NCBI GenBank assembly: GCA_965199335.1
Contig: CBDAQZ010000001.1
Coordinates: 71,102 to 135,101 of the forward strand
Source: Alphaproteobacteria bacterium
GTDB taxonomy: Bacteria; Pseudomonadota; Alphaproteobacteria; CALMVH01
DNA length: 64,000 nt
Direction of reading: 5' to 3'
Part shown: in pieces, positions 31,616-39,202 of the stretch
Layout of the letters: every line of letters begins with the position of its first letter
How positions within the stretch are numbered: the stretch's first letter is position 1
Translations under genes and position numbers: made by a program
Notes under the pieces: model-generated
The model's input: the letters and a program-made list of their open reading frames with translations, nothing else
The model's database searches: none
What the model was told of the DNA's origin: nothing

Positions 31616-32562
31616 AGACGTGTCGCCGCTTCCACGGCATCGTCGACGGTGATGCGTTTCATCAGGGCCAGCGCCGCCTCATCGTCGCCATCCGCGCACA
31701 AATCGCGCTCTCGCAGCGGATCGTCTGCCTTGGACATATAGGCGGCGTGTTCGCCCCAGGGGCGGTATTTCCAGGCAACGCCGGGGCCGAACAGGGCCAG
31801 CGTCGGAACGCCGGCTGCTGCGGCCAGGTGGGTGAGACCGGAATCATTGCCGATATAGAGGTCGGCGCGTTCGATGCAGGCGGCGGTCACCGCGATGTCG
31901 ATGGTGCCGGTTAGGTCGATGACCTGCTCGGCAGGCAACGCGGCAAGGATCGGCTTTACCGTTTCATGGTCGCGCTCGTCTCCCAGCAACAGGACCCGTG
32001 CACCCGGCATCAGGCTGCCTGCCGCGGTCAGCCGCAGCGCCAATTGTCCGTAAAGCTCGACCGGCCATTTCTTGCCGTAGGAGTTTGCACCCGGGGCCAT
32101 TGCCAGAATGTACCCGTGCGTATGCTGGTTCTTGGGCACGAGCTCCTCGGCGTAGTGCAGGGCCTGCTCGCCATGCCAGAGGCGCGGGGCAGGCGCGGTA
32201 TCGAGTCCCAGCAAGGCGCCCAGCTCCTCGACCTTGTGCGGGCGGTTTGTCGGTTTTTTCCAGATCACGCGCTTTTTCGCCCGGATCAGCCGCGACACCG
32301 CGCTTTGCCGCAGATCGACGACCATATCCCAGCTCGTACCCACGGTTTCGCGCCACAAACTCAGCCAATGGCCCGACCACGGGCGTTTTTTCAGCTCGAT
32401 CACGTGCCTGACCTGCGGCACATCCCAGAAAAGGGCCGCGGGCAGGGGGCCGCAGACGACCGTGAAGTCGGCCTTCGGGTGCCTTTCCTTGAGCGCACCG
32501 AGGATTCCGGTCGACAAAATCGCGTCGCCCAGGCGGTTTGAAGTGATGAACAGGATTTTCAC
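31594..32562 (-). CDS. ADP-heptose:LPS heptosyltransferase (GT9 family)
   Basis: MKILFITSNRLGDAILSTGIL...GNDSGLTHLAAAAGVPTLALFGP is the GT9 (WaaC/WaaF/RfaQ) signature. Confidence 0.85.
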   Translation of the reverse strand: MKILFITSNRLGDAILSTGILGALKERHPKADFTVVCGPLPAALFWDVPQVRHVIELKKRPWSGHWLSLWRETVGTSWDMVVDLRQSAVSRLIRAKKRVIWKKPTNRPHKVEELGALLGLDTAPAPRLWHGEQALHYAEELVPKNQHTHGYILAMAPGANSYGKKWPVELYGQLALRLTAAGSLMPGARVLLLGDERDHETVKPILAALPAEQVIDLTGTIDIAVTAACIERADLYIGNDSGLTHLAAAAGVPTLALFGPGVAWKYRPWGEHAAYMSKADDPLRERDLCADGDDEAALALMKRITVDDAVEAATRLWQKTHT

Positions 32563-32618
32563 GCCCCTGTTCTAGCAGACACGGGGCGCTTGCAAAGCTT
32601 CATCGCCTGCACGACCTT

Positions 32619-33440
32619 ATGGCCATGTTGTTACCAGACCGGGCCATCGTCGCCGTTTCGGGCGAGGATCGCATAGCATTCCTGCAGGGACTCATCACCA
32701 ACGACGTCGACAGCCTGCGCGACGGCGAGGTCGCCTATTCCTGCCTGCTGACCGCCCAGGGCCGGTTTCTGCACGATTTCTTCGTCATTGCCGCCGGCGA
32801 CCGCTTGCTGTTCGACTGCGAAGCCGGCCGTCGCGACGACCTGATTCGCCGCTTGAAACAGTTCCGTCTGCGGGCGAAGGTGGATGTGACGGACGAAATG
32901 GCAGCCTATTCCGTCCATTGTCATTCCCGCGAAGGCGGGAATCCAGGATTGGATACGGGATATGCCTACGCCGATCCACGGCATGTCGACCTTGGCTACC
33001 GATCTATCGTTCCGGCTGGTTTAATCCTTGATTCACGCTTTCGCGGGAATGACGGGGAGTGGGAAGGCTACGAACGTATCCGCATTACTCTCGGCGTTCC
33101 CGACGGCAGCCGCGACATGGTGCCGGAGCAGGCCTTGCTGCTGGAAAACAACATCGACCGCCTGAACGGCATTTCCTTCACCAAGGGGTGCTATGTCGGG
33201 CAGGAAGTCACGGCGCGCATGCACCACAGGGGCGGGGTGAAGAAACGCCTGACGCCGGTGCGTATGGAAGCCGCCGCGCCACCGGTGGGAATGCCGGTTA
33301 CGATAGATGGCACCGAAATCGGCGAGATGCGATCGAGTTGCGGCGATCTGGGACTGGCATTGTTGCGGGCCCGTGCGGAAGAGGGCCAGATACATTGTGG
33401 TGATGCAAAGCTGTATGTGCTGAACCACACATCCACCTGA
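32619..33440 (+). CDS. ygfZ: tRNA-modifying folate-binding protein YgfZ (CAF17 family) carrying a 45-codon in-frame repeat insertion
   Basis: The KGCYVGQE signature (ISFTKGCYVGQEVTARMHHRG) is present. The low-complexity segment ...CHSREGGNPGLD...RFRGNDGE... is encoded by the palindromic element at 32919-33053. Confidence 0.85.
   Translation: MAMLLPDRAIVAVSGEDRIAFLQGLITNDVDSLRDGEVAYSCLLTAQGRFLHDFFVIAAGDRLLFDCEAGRRDDLIRRLKQFRLRAKVDVTDEMAAYSVHCHSREGGNPGLDTGYAYADPRHVDLGYRSIVPAGLILDSRFRGNDGEWEGYERIRITLGVPDGSRDMVPEQALLLENNIDRLNGISFTKGCYVGQEVTARMHHRGGVKKRLTPVRMEAAAPPVGMPVTIDGTEIGEMRSSCGDLGLALLRARAEEGQIHCGDAKLYVLNHTST
32919..33053. repeat. MITE/REP-like element (135 bp) with terminal inverted copies of a GTCATTCC-hairpin-GGAATCC unit, inserted in-frame in ygfZ
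   Basis: The left unit is tGTCATTCCCGCGAAGGCGGGAATCCAGG (32919-32948). The right unit is the reverse complement GTCATTCCCGCGAAAGCGTGAATC (33030-33053). 135 bp equals 45 codons. The antisense frame reads ...IPAFAGMT..., the known junk-peptide signature of this repeat class. Confidence 0.55.
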
Positions 33441-33442
33441 TT

Positions 33443-33527
33443 GTCATTCCGGTGCGTAGCACCGGAATCCATACCGCTGATAAAGGGAGGCACGACCGCA
33501 TGGATTCCGTGCTGCGCACGGAATGAC
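33443..33527. repeat. Second copy of the same palindromic element family (two hairpin units in inverted orientation) in the ygfZ/glyS convergent spacer
   Basis: GTCATTCCGGTGCgtaGCACCGGAATCCAT ... ATGGATTCCGTGCtgcGCACGGAATGAC. It starts 2 nt after the ygfZ stop and ends 7 nt before the glyS stop. Confidence 0.6.
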
Positions 33528-33536
33528 GATTTTTTT
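33505..33536 (+). terminator. Candidate intrinsic terminator for ygfZ formed by the repeat hairpin plus a T7 run
   Basis: TTCCGTGC-tgc-GCACGGAA is followed by TGACGATTTTTTT. The spacer to the T-run is slightly long. Confidence 0.4.
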
Positions 33537-35619
33537 ATCCTTCGATCTTCGAGAAATCCGCGATGGCGTCGAACGTTCCGGTGATCGCTGCCAACAGCTT
33601 CAGGCGATTCTGACGCAGCTTGGGATCGGGATCGTTGACCAAGACCTTGTCGAAGAAAGCGTCGAGGGGCAGTCGCAGCTTTGCCAGGACGTCCATGCTC
33701 TCTTCGTATTTGCCTGCCTGAGTTAGTTCACGGGCTTTGGAGAGGCTAGAATCCAAAATAAGGCCTAATTCTTTTTCCGCAGATTCAACGAGTAGCCGAG
33801 TTTCAAAATCGAGCCCATAATCTTGGTCTTTCTTATTCTCCTTTTCCAATATGCTGCTGGCTCGTCGGTAAGCGGTAAGCAAGGGGCCGCCATTCGCACT
33901 GAGAAATTTCTGTAAAGCCTGAGCCCTCTGAACGATAAGTAGCAAATTGTCCCCCGAATTTGCCCCTAGTAGAGCCTCAAGCAGATCATGACCAATACCT
34001 TCATCCCTTAACTGAACTTTCAAACGGTCGGCAATGAAAGCAAAAACTTTTTCCGCTACCGTATCTGGAACTAAGTTGGGAATAAGTTGGGAATAATAAG
34101 ATAGCGCAGCGCTGCAAACTGAAACCAGAGAAAGCTCTAGGCTATTCTCGCGAATCAGCCGGATAATTCCAAGTGCGGCACGACGCAGGGCGTAGGGGTC
34201 GCGGCTGCCGGTGGGCAGCTCTTCGATGGCGAAGAAACCGACCAGCGTATCCAGCTTGTCGGCAAGGGCGACGGCAACGCTGACCGGCTTGGTCGGGCAG
34301 GCATCGCCCGGGCCGGCGGGGCGGTAATGATCGGCGATCGCGTCGGCCACGTCGTCGCCGAGGCCTTCCTTGCGGGCGTAATATCCGCCCATGATGCCTT
34401 GCAACTCGGGGAATTCGCCAACCATGCCCGAGACAAGGTCGGCCTTGGCCAGCAGGCCTCCCTTGCGTGCCAGGTCAGCATCGCCATTTGTGTGGCTGCT
34501 GATGCGTTCTGCAAGATTGGCGATACGATCCGCTTTCTGGCGCACCGTGCCCAACTTCGCATGGAACGTTACCTTCTCCAGCTTCGGCAAACGCTGTTCC
34601 AGCGTCGTCTTCAAATCCTGGTCCCAGAAGAACCGGGCATCGGCAAGGCGGGCGCGCAATACGCGTTCGTTGCCGGCGACGATGGTTGCGCCGCCGTCGT
34701 TGCCGGGTACATTGGCGACGATGGCGAATTTCGCCGCTGACGTGCCGTCCCTGTTCGCCAGCGTGAAATATTTCTGGTTCTCGCGCATCGTCACCTGCCG
34801 CACTTCCTTTGGCAGGTCCATGAATTCCTGGTCGATCGAACCGAGCAGCACCGTCGGCCATTCGACCAGGCCGGTGACTTCCTCCAGCAGGCCGTTATCG
34901 GGCACCAGCTCCAGCCCCGCCTTTGTCGCCGCCGCATGCAGCTGGCGTGCGATTTCCGCCTTGCGCTCGTCGCGGTCCAGGATGACGTATCGCGTCCTCA
35001 GCTTGGCGAAATAATCTTCGAAATCATGGACGTGAAACGGCTCCGGCGCCAGGAAGCGGTGGCCGTGGCTGACATTGTTGCCGGTATAGGTAAGCGTCGG
35101 CGGAAATTCCAGCTTCGCCGTGATCGGCTGGCCGCCGAAGACCATCATGATGTTGTGCAGCGGGCGCACCCAGCTCAGCGGGTGCAGGCTCCAGCGCATC
35201 GATTTGGGCCAGGGGAAGTGCGTGATGATCTGCGCGACGATCTCGGGCAGCAGGTCCGCAGTGGGCTGGCCGAATTTCTTGGTGACGGCGTACCAGAACA
35301 CACCCTTGCCGCTATCGCGCTGCTCGGCCTGTTCCAGGCTGTCGATGCCCGCGCCTTTCAGGAAGCCCTGGATCGCGGCATCGGGCGATCCGACCTTCGG
35401 GCCCTTGCGTTCGTCCAGGCTGTCGGGCTGTTGCACTGCCAGGTCGCGCACGACCAGTGCCAGCCGGCGCGGGGTGACGTGGGTTTCGCAGGCGCTGAAA
35501 TCCAGCTTCGCCTCCTGCAGCCGTTCGCAGAACAGGCGCCTCAGGTCTTCCGCCGCCTGTTTTTGCATGCGGGCGGGGATTTCTTCGCCGAACAGTTCCA
35601 GCAGGAATTCGGAGTGCAT
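33535..35619 (-). CDS. glyS: Glycyl-tRNA synthetase beta subunit
   Basis: 694-aa full-length GlyS. The start makes an ATGA overlap with the glyQ stop. The 3' 450 bp (about 33700-34150) has markedly lower GC. Confidence 0.95.
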   Translation of the reverse strand: MHSEFLLELFGEEIPARMQKQAAEDLRRLFCERLQEAKLDFSACETHVTPRRLALVVRDLAVQQPDSLDERKGPKVGSPDAAIQGFLKGAGIDSLEQAEQRDSGKGVFWYAVTKKFGQPTADLLPEIVAQIITHFPWPKSMRWSLHPLSWVRPLHNIMMVFGGQPITAKLEFPPTLTYTGNNVSHGHRFLAPEPFHVHDFEDYFAKLRTRYVILDRDERKAEIARQLHAAATKAGLELVPDNGLLEEVTGLVEWPTVLLGSIDQEFMDLPKEVRQVTMRENQKYFTLANRDGTSAAKFAIVANVPGNDGGATIVAGNERVLRARLADARFFWDQDLKTTLEQRLPKLEKVTFHAKLGTVRQKADRIANLAERISSHTNGDADLARKGGLLAKADLVSGMVGEFPELQGIMGGYYARKEGLGDDVADAIADHYRPAGPGDACPTKPVSVAVALADKLDTLVGFFAIEELPTGSRDPYALRRAALGIIRLIRENSLELSLVSVCSAALSYYSQLIPNLVPDTVAEKVFAFIADRLKVQLRDEGIGHDLLEALLGANSGDNLLLIVQRAQALQKFLSANGGPLLTAYRRASSILEKENKKDQDYGLDFETRLLVESAEKELGLILDSSLSKARELTQAGKYEESMDVLAKLRLPLDAFFDKVLVNDPDPKLRQNRLKLLAAITGTFDAIADFSKIEG

Positions 35620-36470
35620 CAGACGCTTCCCTCAAGCCAGACTTCGCAGCAGCGTTTCGCCAAAGCACGCACGCGGCCGATATAGGCGGCGCGCTCGACC
35701 ACGCTGATGACGCCGCGGGCGTTCAGCAGATTGAACAGGTGGCTGGCCTTGATCGCCTGCTCGTAGGCGGGCAATGCCAGCTTGCGATCCAGCAGGGCCG
35801 CGCATTCGATCTCGGCGTCGACGAAATGGCTCAGCAGCTTTTCGACATTGGCATATTCGAAGGCATAGGCCGAGGCCTCGACCTCGTTGCGCTTGAACAC
35901 TTCGCCGTATTTGACGCCGGCGGAATTGTAATCCAGCTCGTACACGTTCTCGACGCCCTGGATGTACATCGCCATGCGCTCGATGCCGTAGGTCATTTCG
36001 TAGGCGACGGGGTAACAGTCGATGCCGCCCATCTGCTGGAAATAGGTGAACTGGCCGATCTCCATGCCATCGCACCACACTTCCCAGCCCAGGCCCCAGG
36101 CGCCCAGCGTCGGGCCTTCCCAATCGTCCTCGACGAAGCGGATGTCGTGCAGCAACGGGTCGAGCCCCAGAGCATACAGGCTTTCGAGGTAGATCTCCTG
36201 CGCGTTGGCGGGCGAGGGCTTCATGATCGCCTGGAACTGGTGATGCTGGATCAGCCGGTTCGGGTTCTCGCCATAGCGCCCGTCGGTCGGACGGCGCGAG
36301 GGCTGGACATAGGCCGCGTTCCACGGCTTCTCGCCCACCGCGCGCAGGGTCGTCGCGGGATGGAACGTACCCGCCCCCATCTCGACATCGTAGGGCTGGA
36401 GGATGACGCAACCCTGCCCGGACCAATAGGTCTGGAGGGTTAGGATGATGTCCTGGAAACTGAGTGCCAT
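35619..36470 (-). CDS. glyQ: Glycyl-tRNA synthetase alpha subunit
   Basis: [38 protein letters not shown] is the canonical GlyQ N-terminus. Confidence 0.95.
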   Translation of the reverse strand: MALSFQDIILTLQTYWSGQGCVILQPYDVEMGAGTFHPATTLRAVGEKPWNAAYVQPSRRPTDGRYGENPNRLIQHHQFQAIMKPSPANAQEIYLESLYALGLDPLLHDIRFVEDDWEGPTLGAWGLGWEVWCDGMEIGQFTYFQQMGGIDCYPVAYEMTYGIERMAMYIQGVENVYELDYNSAGVKYGEVFKRNEVEASAYAFEYANVEKLLSHFVDAEIECAALLDRKLALPAYEQAIKASHLFNLLNARGVISVVERAAYIGRVRALAKRCCEVWLEGSV

Positions 36471-36501
36471 GGGGTGAGCTTAATGGGGCGGGCGGTCGGG
36501 A

Positions 36502-36696
36502 TCAATCGTTTGACGGCACGCACTCGTGCGCTACGCCCTGTGCGACATAGGTGCCGCAGCCTGGGCATTTGACCGTTTCGACCGCCGCCACGCGCGGTGC
36601 TGGCTGATAGCGGGCAAAGCGGCGGCGCAGGTCGGCGCGCAGGAATTTCCATGCGACGTAGGCGATCAATACGAAGACGAGCAGGCGAAAGATCAT
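36502..36696 (-). CDS. Small membrane-anchored zinc-ribbon protein (hypothetical)
   Basis: 64 aa. One TM helix, then CPGCGTY...HEC. The stop of the upstream methyltransferase overlaps its start, consistent with operon context. Confidence 0.5.
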   Translation of the reverse strand: MIFRLLVFVLIAYVAWKFLRADLRRRFARYQPAPRVAAVETVKCPGCGTYVAQGVAHECVPSND

Positions 36697-37400
36697 CAGG
36701 CCCAGAGGTCTATGGCGGCACGGCCACGCAGGATCGCGTCGGCTTCCTCGGTATATGTGCCGTCATTCCGGTGCAGCACAAGCCCTGCTGCCAGACGCAG
36801 GGCCGTTTTACGGCCCTTGATGCCGCCGACGATCACGCGATTCGCATCCTCGCCCAGCCTGCGCCACAGGGGAAACACCACCAGCGCGCCCAGCCGGGGT
36901 TGGAACTCCGCCAGCAACTCGTCCAGGCGGTCGGCGCGATGGACGAAGATCACCGATCCGTTGTCGGACACGCGGCGACAGGCGAACTCGACCCAGTCGG
37001 GCAGCTTTGCCTTGCCTTCGTGGTTGGCGATCGACGGTTCGCCCGTGCCGTAGCCTTCCCGCAGATAAGGTGGGTTACAGATGACATGGTTGAATCGCCT
37101 CTGTTTCAACTCTGCCGGGGGCGCCATGATGCAGCCTTCGAAAATCGTCAGTCGCCTGCCAACATCGTTGGCGTCGGCATTGGTGCGCGCCAGTTCCGCC
37201 ATATGCGGCTGGATTTCTATGCCGACGGCCGTGCTACCGGTACGTTCCATTACGCAGAGCGCGGCCGTACCTACGCCGCAGCCGGCGTCGAGTACGGTGT
37301 CGTCAGGTTGCGCAGGGCAGGCGGCGGCCAGAATGAGAGGGTCGATGGCCGCCCGGTAGCCGTCCTCGGGCTGCGTCAGCGCGATACGGCGATCCAGCAT
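36696..37400 (-). CDS. tRNA (adenine-N6)-methyltransferase-like SAM-dependent methyltransferase (YfiC/TrmN6 family, NPPY motif)
   Basis: VLDAGCGVGTAAL SAM-binding motif and NPPY. 234 aa. Confidence 0.8.
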   Translation of the reverse strand: MLDRRIALTQPEDGYRAAIDPLILAAACPAQPDDTVLDAGCGVGTAALCVMERTGSTAVGIEIQPHMAELARTNADANDVGRRLTIFEGCIMAPPAELKQRRFNHVICNPPYLREGYGTGEPSIANHEGKAKLPDWVEFACRRVSDNGSVIFVHRADRLDELLAEFQPRLGALVVFPLWRRLGEDANRVIVGGIKGRKTALRLAAGLVLHRNDGTYTEEADAILRGRAAIDLWA

Positions 37401-37405
37401 AAATC

Positions 37406-37822
37406 CTAGAAGTCGGGATTTTGGTGGCCTTGCGGACCCGCTGAGTTTCGTTTGCCCGAAACCGCGACCAAATGGCTTATGTGAGTGGAGAGTTCTGAAT
37501 ACACGTCCAGATTTGGAGCTGCTGGCGAAATCACGGTATGTTTTGATTTCAATTGGCTAACGATCTGTTGCGAGGGAGTGGTACCCAGGTTCAACGCGTC
37601 GTACATTGTAAAATCGACCATCGGTCCGCTGGGGTCGAAGAAAAGCTGCCGTGATCCGACATGCTCGAGCATCGGGCTGCCGTTTTCCAGAGCCTTGCTC
37701 CAGATAGTGGCTGCCTCCTCATCGCTTACGGGTTCAGTCGAGCCTGAACAATCTATGGCGTTGTTCAGCATCGCCGATATCAAAGCCCAGGTCGGTACCC
37801 CGGAAACATCTGTTGCAGACAT
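37406..37822 (-). CDS. Hypothetical protein (lower-GC gene)
   Basis: 138 aa. An AAGAGG ribosome-binding site lies 6 nt upstream. It sits in operon position ahead of the methyltransferase. The plus-strand alternative 37485-37847 starts with GTG and has no ribosome-binding site. Confidence 0.45.
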   Translation of the reverse strand: MSATDVSGVPTWALISAMLNNAIDCSGSTEPVSDEEAATIWSKALENGSPMLEHVGSRQLFFDPSGPMVDFTMYDALNLGTTPSQQIVSQLKSKHTVISPAAPNLDVYSELSTHISHLVAVSGKRNSAGPQGHQNPDF

Positions 37823-37930
37823 GGTTCAGCCTCTTTTTAATGACTGATTAATACATGGGCGTTCGTGCATAGTCCAGAAAATTGTAAGCGGCGCCAACTC
37901 ACTTGAATACATAGTTTTGCCCTGTATGTT

Positions 37931-38959
37931 TTGCTTATGACCGCTGCCGACAATGTCGCCCGTACACACGCCAAGCCTGCCAGCGTCAATGCGCTGGACG
38001 AGCTTACCGCGCTGGTAGCCGACGACCTTGCCCGCGTCAACGCATTGATCCTGCAGCACATGCAATCGCCCGTGGCGCTGATTCCCCAGCTTGCCGGCTA
38101 TATTCTTTCCGCCGGCGGAAAGCGCCTGCGCCCGGTGCTTACCCTCGCTTCGGCGCGTTTGTGCGGCTACGAGGGCGATCGTCATCCCGGCCTGGCTGCC
38201 GCCGTGGAACTGATCCACACCGCGACCCTGCTGCATGACGATGTCGTGGACGAAAGCGATCGCCGCCGCGGCCGCGCCTCGGCCAATGCCGTGTTCGGCA
38301 ACGAGGCGAGCGTGCTGGTCGGCGACTTCCTGTTCAGCCGCGCTTTCGAGCTGATGACCAGCGATGGCTCCATCGAGGTGTTGCGCATCCTGTCCAACGC
38401 CTCTGCCGTGATTGCGGAGGGCGAGGTGCTGCAGCTGGCCACCGCCAACGACCTCGCCACGACCCAGGAAGCTTATTTCAAGGTAATCGAATCGAAGACC
38501 GCCGCCCTGTTCGCGGCCGCCTGCGAAGTCGGGGCCATCGCCGCCGGCACGCCCGATTACGCGTCCGGCCTCAGCGTTTACGGGCGCAAGCTTGGCCTTG
38601 CCTTCCAGATCGTCGATGACGTGCTGGACTACGTTGCCAGCGAGGCCCGGCTGGGCAAGGCGATCGGTGACGATTTCCGCGACGGCAAGGTGACCTTGCC
38701 CGTGATCCTGGCCTATCAGCGCGGCAGCGAGGGCGAACGCGACTTCTGGCGCCGCTCGATCGAGGATCAGGAGCTTGACGACGACGCGCTGGATTACGCC
38801 ATCGCCCTGCTGCGCCAGCACCGGGCGCTGGACGAAAGTTTCGACATCGCGCGCGGCTTCGTGGTCGAGGCAAAGGCGGCGCTTCTGCCACTGCCGACCG
38901 GGCCTTTCCGCTCGGCCATGACCCGCGTCGCCGATTTCTGCGTCGATCGCGATTTTTAA
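37931..38959 (+). CDS. ispB: All-trans polyprenyl (octaprenyl/decaprenyl) diphosphate synthase
   Basis: FARM LLHDDVVDESDRRRG and SARM QIVDDVLD motifs are present. The antisense 388-aa ORF is junk. Confidence 0.9.
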   Translation: MLMTAADNVARTHAKPASVNALDELTALVADDLARVNALILQHMQSPVALIPQLAGYILSAGGKRLRPVLTLASARLCGYEGDRHPGLAAAVELIHTATLLHDDVVDESDRRRGRASANAVFGNEASVLVGDFLFSRAFELMTSDGSIEVLRILSNASAVIAEGEVLQLATANDLATTQEAYFKVIESKTAALFAAACEVGAIAAGTPDYASGLSVYGRKLGLAFQIVDDVLDYVASEARLGKAIGDDFRDGKVTLPVILAYQRGSEGERDFWRRSIEDQELDDDALDYAIALLRQHRALDESFDIARGFVVEAKAALLPLPTGPFRSAMTRVADFCVDRDF

Positions 38960-39022
38960 CGCGGACGCGCCGTCTCCCGGCTTGAAGTTCATACGCCGCT
39001 ATGCTTATAGTCCGCGCCACTT

Positions 39023-39099
39023 CGGGATGTAGCTTAGCCTGGTAAAGCGCCTGCTTCGGGAGCAGGAGAGCGGAGGTTCGAATCCTCTCATCCCGACCA
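39023..39099 (+). tRNA. tRNA-Pro (anticodon CGG)
   Basis: CGGGATG acceptor stem pairing with CATCCCG (the C1:G72 pair is characteristic of tRNA-Pro). Anticodon loop TTCGGGA. T-arm GGTTCGAATCC. The CCA is encoded. Confidence 0.85.
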
Positions 39100-39202
39100 A
39101 TTGTGTTAACTAAGTTAAAAGCTGGTAAATTTCGATGATTTGCGATATAGTTACCTTTTAGAGCGCATAATAAAACTGCCGTAACCCTGTTCAGGTTGAA
39201 AT

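Noticed and set aside
36761-36773. 13-nt match to the MITE unit (GTCATTCCGGTGC) inside the methyltransferase gene
   Set aside because: It is only a half-site, with no inverted partner or hairpin. It could be a decayed remnant or chance. It is noted under the MITE finding but not called as a feature.
37826-38992. 388-aa minus-strand ORF antisense to ispB
   Set aside because: Junk composition. ispB has FARM/SARM motifs on the plus strand.
39100-39202. Possible genomic-island integration at tRNA-Pro
   Set aside because: There is no integrase, direct repeat of the tRNA 3' end, or compositional shift downstream. The next gene is a native-GC histidine kinase.
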